From a virus, in IMG/VR virus record IMGVR_UViG_3300045988_019421, positions 1-64,000 of that record: a DNA stretch of 64,000 nucleotides; one strand, written 5' to 3'. The position numbers and the translations under genes were made by a program. This document shows, piece after piece, positions 24,629-31,020 of this stretch. Under the pieces are notes generated by a model. The model had not been told where the DNA came from. It saw only the letters and a list, made by a program, of their open reading frames with translations, and did no database searches. Numbering within the stretch: the first letter of the stretch is position 1; each line of letters opens with the position of its first letter.

Positions 24629-24684
24629 CAGTAATGTCACTCCTTTATGGGGGAGAAAAGCGAGCTTTGCGAGCGGGACAAGTC
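24629..24684 (+). repeat. M10: composite motif copy, forward, at the edge of the divergent region
   Basis: cagtaatgtca ctcctttatggggga gaaaagcgagctttgcgagcgggacaagtc. Confidence 0.9.
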
Positions 24685-24949
24685 AAGCTACACAACAATA
24701 CAATTATTAATAATAGTACTATTAATAATGTTACCAATAATGTTACTTCTGTTATCAGTTGTAATACATAGTATTGTTATTACCGGAATCGCTCGAACTA
24801 CTATTGTCAAAGACAATGGTAGTGACGCTCTAATAATAACAACTATAATATAATAGTAGACAATATAGTAGTATTATTATTAAGACTATCAATCCGATAT
24901 AATAGTGAAACTATTATAGAGGACTAATAACAAAGACAATTACAATAAT

Positions 24950-24994
24950 AACGACCATAATTCTAACGACCATAATTCTAACGACCATAATTCT
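24950..24994. repeat. perfect tandem repeat, 15 bp x 3
   Basis: aacgaccataattct x 3. Confidence 0.95.
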
Positions 24995-25070
24995 AATACT
25001 AAGGACTAATATCATAGATATTAGGAACTTAGAACTAACAATAACAACCGACAATTAGGTTTATTATATA

Positions 25071-25170
25071 AATAGGATTCAAATCTTAACTATTAATATA
25101 ATAGAAACAACAGTATAGATTAATAGTATAGATTAATAGTATGATAATAAAATAGGATTCAAATCCTAAC
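25071..25170. repeat. 20-nt direct repeat pair exactly 80 bp apart
   Basis: aataggattcaaatcttaac (25071-25090) and aataggattcaaatcctaac (25151-25170). The second forms a small hairpin, taggattcaaatccta. Confidence 0.9.
25112..25148. repeat. tandem repeat, 13 bp x ~2.8
   Basis: agtatagattaat agtatagattaat agtatgataat. Confidence 0.85.
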
Positions 25171-25357
25171 TCCATAAACGAAGAGGTTTAGGTAGTAGTC
25201 GTAACATTGTAGGTTAGAGTAGTGAGTTAGAATGAAGGAGTAGAGGTGAGAGAGGGAGTAGTCCTACTACTTAACCAACTCATCACTCTTATCTACATCC
25301 TATTACTATTCTTACTCCACTACTATTATCTCACTCTATTGTCTACTCTACTATCTA

Positions 25358-25384
25358 GCTTAACGAGGAGCCTTAGCGACCCTT
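25358..25384. repeat. GC-rich box, copy 1
   Basis: gcttaacgaggagccttagcgaccctt. Copy 2 lies exactly 300 bp downstream. Confidence 0.85.
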
Positions 25385-25393
25385 CCGAGCATT

Positions 25394-25465
25394 GATATTG
25401 TCAATACTAGTAATAGTCTTGATACTATTGATACTATTGATACTATTGATACTATTGATACTATT
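25394..25465. repeat. tandem repeat, 9 bp x ~8 (last 5 perfect)
   Basis: gatattgtc aatactagt aatagtctt, then gatactatt x 5 (25421-25465). Confidence 0.9.
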
Positions 25466-25492
25466 TGTTGGTGTGATTGTATGAGCTTGCTC

Positions 25493-25511
25493 CTATTGTC
25501 TACGACAATAG
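25493..25511. repeat. perfect 8-bp-arm hairpin/palindrome
   Basis: ctattgtc tac gacaatag. Confidence 0.85.
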
Positions 25512-25543
25512 TCACCGACCTTGCGGACGGTCTTTTCGACCCC

Positions 25544-25602
25544 TATATATATATATATTATAATTATATACTAAAGTATATAATATATATATATATAATA
25601 TA
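25544..25602. repeat. 59-bp A/T-only quasi-palindrome (candidate DNA-unwinding element)
   Basis: tatatatatatatattataattatatac taaa gtatataatatatatatatataatata. Confidence 0.8.
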
Positions 25603-25607
25603 GACGC

Positions 25608-25626
25608 ATCTGATTCTGTATCAGAT
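25608..25626. repeat. 7-bp-arm hairpin
   Basis: atctgat tctgt atcagat. Confidence 0.8.
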
Positions 25627-25657
25627 TTTCTAACTCTGCTATTAGTCCATTACTCTT

Positions 25658-25684
25658 GCTTAACGTGGAGCTGCTGCGACCCTT
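25658..25684. repeat. GC-rich box, copy 2
   Basis: gcttaacgtggagctgctgcgaccctt. Confidence 0.85.
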
Positions 25685-25715
25685 AAAGTTTTGATGTGGT
25701 TTTGCAAGGGTTTTA

Positions 25716-25769
25716 GCTTATCAGTTGGTTAGCTTCGCTTATCAGTTGTAGCATTTCGCTTATCAGTTG
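25716..25769. repeat. iteron-like 12-mer x 3 at an exact 21-bp period
   Basis: gcttatcagttg at 25716, 25737 and 25758. Confidence 0.9.
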
Positions 25770-25787
25770 ACTAGTGTCGTTCCCGAC

Positions 25788-25818
25788 CCCGAAGGACGTG
25801 CCCGAAGGACGTGCCCGA
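25788..25818. repeat. tandem repeat, 13 bp x 2.4
   Basis: cccgaaggacgtg cccgaaggacgtg cccga. Confidence 0.9.
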
Positions 25819-25824
25819 TGGCGA

Positions 25825-25905
25825 GCATACAGTCTAGTAGTATTCTTGTAGGCATACAGTCTAGTAGTATTCTCGAACACGATTAGCAAGAGTATTCTTG
25901 AACAC
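25825..25905. repeat. 22-nt direct repeat (27-bp period) plus a reiterated 15-mer
   Basis: gcatacagtctagtagtattct at 25825 and 25852. agtattctcgaacac (25866) and agtattcttgaacac (25891). Confidence 0.9.
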
Positions 25906-25931
25906 ATGCTGAATAGTGTAACTTTAGTTTA

Positions 25932-25955
25932 GTAGTGGAGATTTCTCTCCACTAC
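25932..25955 (-). terminator. perfect 10-bp hairpin downstream of the orphan gene 25964..26668
   Basis: GTAGTGGAGA TTTC TCTCCACTAC. No clear T-run follows, so terminator function is uncertain. Confidence 0.45.
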
Positions 25956-25963
25956 GTAACTGG

Positions 25964-26668
25964 TTAGGCAGCACCCTCTACATCAGGTTGGTATTTAGCC
26001 AACATGTCAGCAACGAGCATTTCGTCAGCAAGGGACAACGTACGCATACTAAGTTCGTACGGGAAATACTCATAACGGTCGTGTTCATTAACACGTTCTT
26101 CACGAGCCATTTTAGCAGCAAATGGATTAACGAACACTTCACCTTGTGCAAGCACGTGTCCAAGCACGCTAATACGCGCCTTCTTGAAGATAACGTGCAA
26201 CACTGACAATGGAGCTGTCATAACAGCATTGGCAAGCATTGGTTCGCCCTGACCTTTGAGAATCGCAGATAGCTGAATACGAGTAGTAAAGATATTACGA
26301 GTTGTAGACTCGACATAAGTACCACTAGCAGCATCTTTAACAAACTGTGGAATGTTGCGATTAACAACCACAGTAAGCGCACCTGCATAACGACTACTAT
26401 TATCAATGATATTAGTAATCATCAAGCTATCGTGATTCTCAAAATCAGGACGGTCAAGCAACAGACGAACAATATCGTCTGCGTCCTGTCCCTGATACTC
26501 GGATAGGTCAACTATACGAGCATCAGTAGCTTCATCAGCAGCTTCATCAGCAGCATCATCAGTAGCAACTGTTTCAGCGTTAGCACTTGCTGCATCAGCA
26601 GCTTCTTTTGCAGCTTTTGCAGCTGCTTCGGCTGCTAATCTAGCAGCATCATTAACTTTAGTTCCCAT
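25964..26668 (-). CDS. orphan GC-rich acidic protein (234 aa) with an Ala/Glu/Asp-rich N-terminus
   Basis: Clean ORF isolated inside the repeat region. GC is about 45-48 percent from one line counted by hand, versus roughly 30-35 percent elsewhere. A perfect 10-bp hairpin lies just downstream (25932-25955) and duplicated 28-nt elements lie upstream. Confidence 0.7.
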   Translation of the reverse strand: MGTKVNDAARLAAEAAAKAAKEAADAASANAETVATDDAADEAADEATDARIVDLSEYQGQDADDIVRLLLDRPDFENHDSLMITNIIDNSSRYAGALTVVVNRNIPQFVKDAASGTYVESTTRNIFTTRIQLSAILKGQGEPMLANAVMTAPLSVLHVIFKKARISVLGHVLAQGEVFVNPFAAKMAREERVNEHDRYEYFPYELSMRTLSLADEMLVADMLAKYQPDVEGAA

Positions 26669-26744
26669 AATAAAAATGAAATTAAATGTTATAAATCAGT
26701 CGGCAACTGTTCAACCAATGTGCATCCCGACTACACGCACAATG

Positions 26745-26808
26745 GCAATATGTTTAAAGTCATTTGGTTTGATAGTAACTGCAATATGTTTAAAGTCATT
26801 TGGTTTGA
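26745..26808 (-). promoter_or_regulatory. 28-nt element x 2 (36-bp period) upstream of the orphan gene; candidate promoter/operator
   Basis: gcaatatgtttaaagtcatttggtttga at 26745-26772 and 26781-26808. These lie 77-140 nt upstream of the 26668 start on the minus strand. Confidence 0.4.
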
Positions 26809-26991
26809 TTAAGCCAATAGTTCTTTAACAACATCGTTAGCATCTAGTATAAGTACTAACACTACTAATAGTATTAGAAAGCTATTCACATGGTTATCAT
26901 ACAACTTAATGTAACTTAGATGTATGAATACTGGCACACCTAGCATACTTAATGCTAAGTGTACCACTTTAATCTTATCACTCATATTCAT
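26809..26991 (-). CDS. hypothetical small membrane protein (60 aa)
   Basis: Hydrophobic segments HLALSMLGVPVFI and FLILLVVLVLIL. Confidence 0.4.
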   Translation of the reverse strand: MNMSDKIKVVHLALSMLGVPVFIHLSYIKLYDNHVNSFLILLVVLVLILDANDVVKELLA

Positions 26992-27056
26992 ACGTATCTA
27001 GTGTAATAACGTGAACAAAACTTGTCGTAGGTTTCACCTGCACGACCGTACTTTCT

Positions 27057-27149
27057 CTAATCCTTCTTCTGTTTATTAACCATAGACAGATAAGTAACAG
27101 TAGTCATAGCTACTGCTATTGATAACAACAATAGAAATATCATAAGCAT
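27057..27149 (-). CDS. possible 30-aa single-pass membrane peptide
   Basis: Hand-translated as MLMIFLLLLSIAVAMTTVTYLSMVNKQKKD. Confidence 0.2.
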   Translation of the reverse strand: MLMIFLLLLSIAVAMTTVTYLSMVNKQKKD

Positions 27150-27182
27150 AAGTATTTAATTAAACATTTATATTAATAGTAA

Positions 27183-27205
27183 GGTGACCACTAGATAGGG
27201 TCACC
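27183..27205 (-). terminator. hairpin overlapping the stop of 27191..27358
   Basis: GGTGACC / GGTCACC 7-bp stem with a 9-nt loop. Confidence 0.3.
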
Positions 27206-27358
27206 AAACACTACACCAACAATACCACATACCATTGCTATAAATCCAATGTTTGCAACAGTAAGAGAAGCAACACCTAGACCAATAGCAACAGTAATCA
27301 TACCACCAAATAGTGCCATAGCTCCAATAACAAACGCACCTTTACGCATCTTATTCAT
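27191..27358 (-). CDS. possible 55-aa Gly/Ala-rich membrane protein
   Basis: Hand-translated as MNKMRKGAFVIGAMALFGGMITVAIGLGVASLTVANIGFIAMVCGIVGVVFGDPI. The third copy of the 28-nt element lies 31 nt upstream. Confidence 0.4.
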   Translation of the reverse strand: MNKMRKGAFVIGAMALFGGMITVAIGLGVASLTVANIGFIAMVCGIVGVVFGDPI

Positions 27359-27389
27359 ATCTTATATCTTTAGTAATTAAACATTAATA

Positions 27390-27418
27390 GCAATATGTTT
27401 AAGGTCATTTGGTCTTGA
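27390..27418 (-). promoter_or_regulatory. third copy of the 28-nt element, upstream of the small membrane-protein ORFs
   Basis: gcaatatgtttaaggtcatttggtcttga. It lies 31 nt upstream of the 27358 start on the minus strand. Confidence 0.4.
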
Positions 27419-27481
27419 CGGGGGTATTGGAATTGGTTTGAGAGTAGGGGGCTATCAGGGTAGGAGCTTCACCTCGATAAA

Positions 27482-27502
27482 AATATACTCACGAAAAATA
27501 TT
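27482..27502. repeat. small stem-loop with an ACTCACGAAA loop, copy G
   Basis: aatat actcacgaaaa atatt. Confidence 0.35.
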
Positions 27503-27529
27503 ATTTTGTGGGGCAGAACTAACACTAGC

Positions 27530-27565
27530 ATTTCTAATTCTATTTCTAATTCTATTTCTAATTCT
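27530..27565. repeat. perfect tandem repeat, 12 bp x 3
   Basis: atttctaattct x 3 within a T/C-rich, G-poor tract. Confidence 0.95.
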
Positions 27566-27946
27566 CTCCCTTCTAATAGTTCCAATAGTAGTTCCAACAG
27601 TAATTCCAGTCCTATTCCTAAGCTCATACACATTAGTACTTCTAACAATAGTTCCTAATTCTTTCTTTCTAGTACTTCTAATTCCCTTTGTATCTATTGT
27701 TGTTAGTAGTCTAACTCTTCTTATACAATAATTATCTTATTAGTTAGTCCTATTAGTCTAATCAATTCCTTTAAGTCCTTAATTAGTCTTACTTATATTA
27801 TATAGTATTAGTTGTCTACTGGGTCTTATTGTGTAAGCCCTTTCTCCTCTTCTATCGAAGAGTTCGAAGATTTAGCATTAGGATTGTAAAAATAGAATGG
27901 TAAGATTTAGTATATATTTTGGTTAAGTATTAGATTTGTATTAGAG

Positions 27947-27982
27947 TGTGTACTAATGTGAACTAGTGTGAATAGATGTGAA
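27947..27982. promoter_or_regulatory. TGTGWA hexamer x 4 at an exact 10-bp period
   Basis: tgtgta at 27947; tgtgaa at 27957, 27967 and 27977. Helically phased, ~160 nt upstream of the first plus-strand gene. Confidence 0.35.
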
Positions 27983-28034
27983 TTATACAGCGAATACAAT
28001 TCTAAAGGTTTTTTAACGAGTTAGATATTGATAG

Positions 28035-28051
28035 TACGAATATTATTCGTA
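28035..28051. promoter_or_regulatory. 17-bp perfect palindrome upstream of the plus-strand block
   Basis: tacgaata t tattcgta. Confidence 0.35.
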
Positions 28052-28141
28052 TACTTGTACTATTAATGACTGGTGCTTATATTACTCTTAGTAATGCTAG
28101 TCAACTTAATTAATAGTATTAACAATCTAATTAAAGTAATC

Positions 28142-28783
28142 ATGTTACACTTAGAGAACAAAACTAAAGGAGAAACTTTCCTAGTTCCTCAACACATTGC
28201 AGAAATTGATTTCCAATATGTTTCTGATAGAGTTAAGAATATTAATCCTTTCAAACATTTTGGTATTGTTGCTATTGTTCAGACTGCCAAACTTCGTGAG
28301 ATTATTAATCCTGACTTGAAAGGTACTGGTAATACTAAGTTTATATTAGTTAAAGCTAATTACGGTGACGATGTTAAAGAGATAGATAGAGCTTTTCTTA
28401 ATCGTTTCTTATATGTTGCTCCGTCTGACGTATTTACTGGTATAGATTGTAATCCTCGTAGTAATGAGCTTACTCCTTATAATCTTGCTGAATTTATTCG
28501 TAGCGACCAAGACTTAAATCTTAGTATTGCTCGTGGTGAGATATTCCGTAAAGTTGTAAGTGGTTCAGTTATTAGCCTTCTCGGTAACGATGTTACTCCG
28601 GCTACTGTTGAAAAGAAAGGAGATAATGGTAAGTTGATTACTACTATTGCTGAAACAGTAGTTTGTATTGGTTATAAGATTGTTCGTCTTTCTGATATTC
28701 AAGGTCAGAATACTATCGAAGGTCTTCCTGTTAGCGGTAAACCGCAGAAATTTATAGTAGCTACTAATTTACTAAATATATAA
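28142..28783 (+). CDS. hypothetical protein (213 aa), first gene of the plus-strand block
   Basis: The track ORF starts at GTG 28073. I prefer ATG 28142 (MLHLENKTKGE...), because the upstream part is hydrophobic filler. Confidence 0.65.
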   Translation: MLHLENKTKGETFLVPQHIAEIDFQYVSDRVKNINPFKHFGIVAIVQTAKLREIINPDLKGTGNTKFILVKANYGDDVKEIDRAFLNRFLYVAPSDVFTGIDCNPRSNELTPYNLAEFIRSDQDLNLSIARGEIFRKVVSGSVISLLGNDVTPATVEKKGDNGKLITTIAETVVCIGYKIVRLSDIQGQNTIEGLPVSGKPQKFIVATNLLNI

Positions 28784-28788
28784 ACTAG

Positions 28789-29334
28789 ATGCCTTCTATT
28801 GATTTAAAAGAGAAAAAGGAGTTATTAGTAACTCGTCCTGATATTATTGGTTTATTAGGTGTTACACCTCTTGAAGCTGAAATAATAGATGATATTATAG
28901 ATAATATCGAAGACCAAATTGTTGATAGAATTAAAAGTCTACAACGAGTTTCAATTCCTTTTATTGGTGGATTTATTGTTAATGAAGCCAAGTTAGATGC
29001 AATAGAACATCACCCCGTAATGAAAGCTAAAAGGCAAGAACTTACTAATGAAGAATATTGGAAATTTAAAAAGAGCTTAGTTGCTACTCGAAGGATTCAA
29101 CGTAGTAAATTTAGAAGTAGAACTTCGATAATATCTCGAACTGTTAGACTTAATCGTAAGTTAGCCGCAAGGAAACTTAGAGAGTTTAATCAAGATGAGA
29201 GGTCTTTTAAATTATATATGTACTTCTTTAGTAAGATGAAGCCAGTTAATGATTCTGATTACTATATTGAACTAAGAAATAATAAAGGTTATGATTACGA
29301 AGATTGCCCCTTTGGATTTAACAGGTATGATTAG
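28789..29334 (+). CDS. hypothetical protein (181 aa)
   Basis: ORF track; starts 6 nt after the upstream stop; basic C-terminal half. Confidence 0.65.
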   Translation: MPSIDLKEKKELLVTRPDIIGLLGVTPLEAEIIDDIIDNIEDQIVDRIKSLQRVSIPFIGGFIVNEAKLDAIEHHPVMKAKRQELTNEEYWKFKKSLVATRRIQRSKFRSRTSIISRTVRLNRKLAARKLREFNQDERSFKLYMYFFSKMKPVNDSDYYIELRNNKGYDYEDCPFGFNRYD

Positions 29335-30010
29335 CGTTGACGAGCAAGGTTATCCCTTTGCTCCTAACATTTATCAGATACAGGATAAAGATGTAAGAGA
29401 GTTATATCTTCGTGATACTAGTGAAGATAAACTTCGGTATCTTAAAGAAGCCGGAGTTATCTTTTATCTAGCTGACCCTAAGTCTCCACCTAATCAAATG
29501 GGATATAGTCGTCCCGAAGCCTTAGCATCTGCTAGAGCTAATTACGCTCTTCCTAATGATTGGCAACCAGATGCTCTTATTCTTCGTCTTGTTGATAGAT
29601 ATCATGAAGATAAGATGGGTGTTGCAGGTGAAGCTCTTGAAACTATTCTTAGAGCAGTTCATAATAGTTCTCGTGCAGCTAATATACTTAGTGAACAACT
29701 TACTAATAAACTTAATGCAGGTATGCAAGCCGAAGATACTTTACCAGTTATTGATTTGATAACTAAACTAAATGGTATTATTAATATCATTCCTAATCAG
29801 ATTAAATCTTTAGGTGAAGCTAAACAAGCTGCTGCTCTTGAAATAGAACAGAAGAAAGCTCGTGGTGGTAAAGTAGTTACTAGTTCTATGTCTGCTAAAG
29901 ATGCTAGTGATTTGGAAGCTCAAGTAGAAGCTCAAAAGAGAGAGCTAGGATTGGTAAGCGATAGTATTGTTAACACTCCTTTACGGGGGAAATACGAAAG
30001 TACAAAATGA
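29327..30010 (+). CDS. hypothetical protein (227 aa)
   Basis: I prefer the second ATG (MISVDEQGYPF...), which overlaps the upstream stop by 8 nt. Contains motif copy M11. Confidence 0.65.
   Translation: MISVDEQGYPFAPNIYQIQDKDVRELYLRDTSEDKLRYLKEAGVIFYLADPKSPPNQMGYSRPEALASARANYALPNDWQPDALILRLVDRYHEDKMGVAGEALETILRAVHNSSRAANILSEQLTNKLNAGMQAEDTLPVIDLITKLNGIINIIPNQIKSLGEAKQAAALEIEQKKARGGKVVTSSMSAKDASDLEAQVEAQKRELGLVSDSIVNTPLRGKYESTK
29976..29990 (+). repeat. M11: motif copy, forward
   Basis: ctcctttacggggga. Read as TPLRGK. Confidence 0.9.
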
Positions 30011-31005
30011 TACCAGTTAAACCTGAATATAAGCAAACTAAGTTATACTTTGATGAGCCTACTCATAAGTATACTGATAATTGTGGTAATTCTTATATTA
30101 GTGCTACTACTATTATTCATTCGTATGTTCCTAAGTTTGATTCTAATTATTGGGCTAAATATAAGGCTAAAGAAGAAAATACTTCTATTAAAGATATAAA
30201 GAATCAATGGGATAAGATAAGAGATAAGGCTTGTGATATGGGTAATGTCTATCATAATAGTTTTGAAGATGGTATTCGTCAGAATAGTAAATTCTTCAAT
30301 GCTATTAAATATCTGAATAAACAAGAAAGTAAACAAATGGTTACTGTTGCTGATTTAGATGTTGTTGATAGTCATGTAAGACTTCTCGATGTTGATGCTT
30401 TTATTGAACATACTGAAAATAAATATCCTGAAATATATAAAGTATTTAAGTTCTATACTGAACGAGATTATAAGATATATTCAGAGATAGGGGCATTTCT
30501 TCCTAAGTATCTTCTTAGTGGTACTATTGATATACTTCCTATTCGTGAAGATGGTTTTGTTATTCTTGATTGGAAAACTAATCGTACAGGTCTTAGATTT
30601 CAAGCAGGATACTATAAGAAGGATAAAACTGTTCGTCCAGTACAAGAAACAGATGAATGGGTTCATAAACCGGAAGATGTTCTACTTCCACCGTTTGGTG
30701 GTCTACCTAATTGTAACGGTACTACTTATGCCTTGCAGTTAAATCTATATGCTAAAATGGTTCATCTTATTACTGGTTTGCCTTGTCGTGGTTTAGCTCT
30801 TTGTCACATTGAAGTTCCGTTTGTTCTTAACCAGTATGGTAGACCTCAAAGATTTAAAGATGGTTTTCATATTGATGAAAGTAAAAGTGAAACAGCTAAA
30901 TGGTATAAGATTCCTAGGCTAGAGCCTGAAATAGATACCATGCTTAATATCCGTTATCAAACTGTTAATGGAAGTCAGAAACAACAAATGAATTTATTTG
31001 TATAA
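30007..31005 (+). CDS. PD-(D/E)XK (RecB/Cas4-like) nuclease
   Basis: GTIDIL ... ILDWKT (D ... D-x-K), followed by YALQLNLYAKM (QxxxY). Confidence 0.7.
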   Translation: MIPVKPEYKQTKLYFDEPTHKYTDNCGNSYISATTIIHSYVPKFDSNYWAKYKAKEENTSIKDIKNQWDKIRDKACDMGNVYHNSFEDGIRQNSKFFNAIKYLNKQESKQMVTVADLDVVDSHVRLLDVDAFIEHTENKYPEIYKVFKFYTERDYKIYSEIGAFLPKYLLSGTIDILPIREDGFVILDWKTNRTGLRFQAGYYKKDKTVRPVQETDEWVHKPEDVLLPPFGGLPNCNGTTYALQLNLYAKMVHLITGLPCRGLALCHIEVPFVLNQYGRPQRFKDGFHIDESKSETAKWYKIPRLEPEIDTMLNIRYQTVNGSQKQQMNLFV

Positions 31006-31020
31006 TATAAATGTAATATC

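Noticed and set aside
24647-24853. 68-aa plus-strand ORF starting at the ATG inside composite motif M10
   Set aside because: Its hydrophobic I/L-rich product comes from A/T-rich filler. It has no coupled neighbours and runs opposite to the adjacent gene train. I note it because the motif supplies its ATG, but I do not call it a gene.
25071-25170. tRNA-like T-arm string GGATTCAAATCC (two copies)
   Set aside because: A precedes TTCAAAT where a tRNA needs the G53-C61 pair. I could not build acceptor, D or anticodon arms from the flanks. It is better explained as a 20-nt direct repeat.
25713-26206. Short track ORFs over the repeat arrays and antisense to the orphan gene (25713..25907, 25978..26163, 25988..26206, 26218..26406)
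   Set aside because: They are built from tandem repeats, or they overlap the well-formed 25964..26668 ORF in other frames.
26745-26808. Possible mini CRISPR array (28-nt repeats)
   Set aside because: There are only two adjacent copies, separated by 8 nt rather than a ~30-nt spacer. A third copy lies 600 nt away upstream of another gene, so it behaves like a promoter or operator element.
27438-27731. 97-aa plus-strand ORF (TTG start) in the divergent region
   Set aside because: It starts at TTG and has an L/I/V/F-only composition that mirrors the T/C-rich tandem-repeat DNA (atttctaattct x 3). This is most likely a compositional artefact. I keep it only as a remote possibility.
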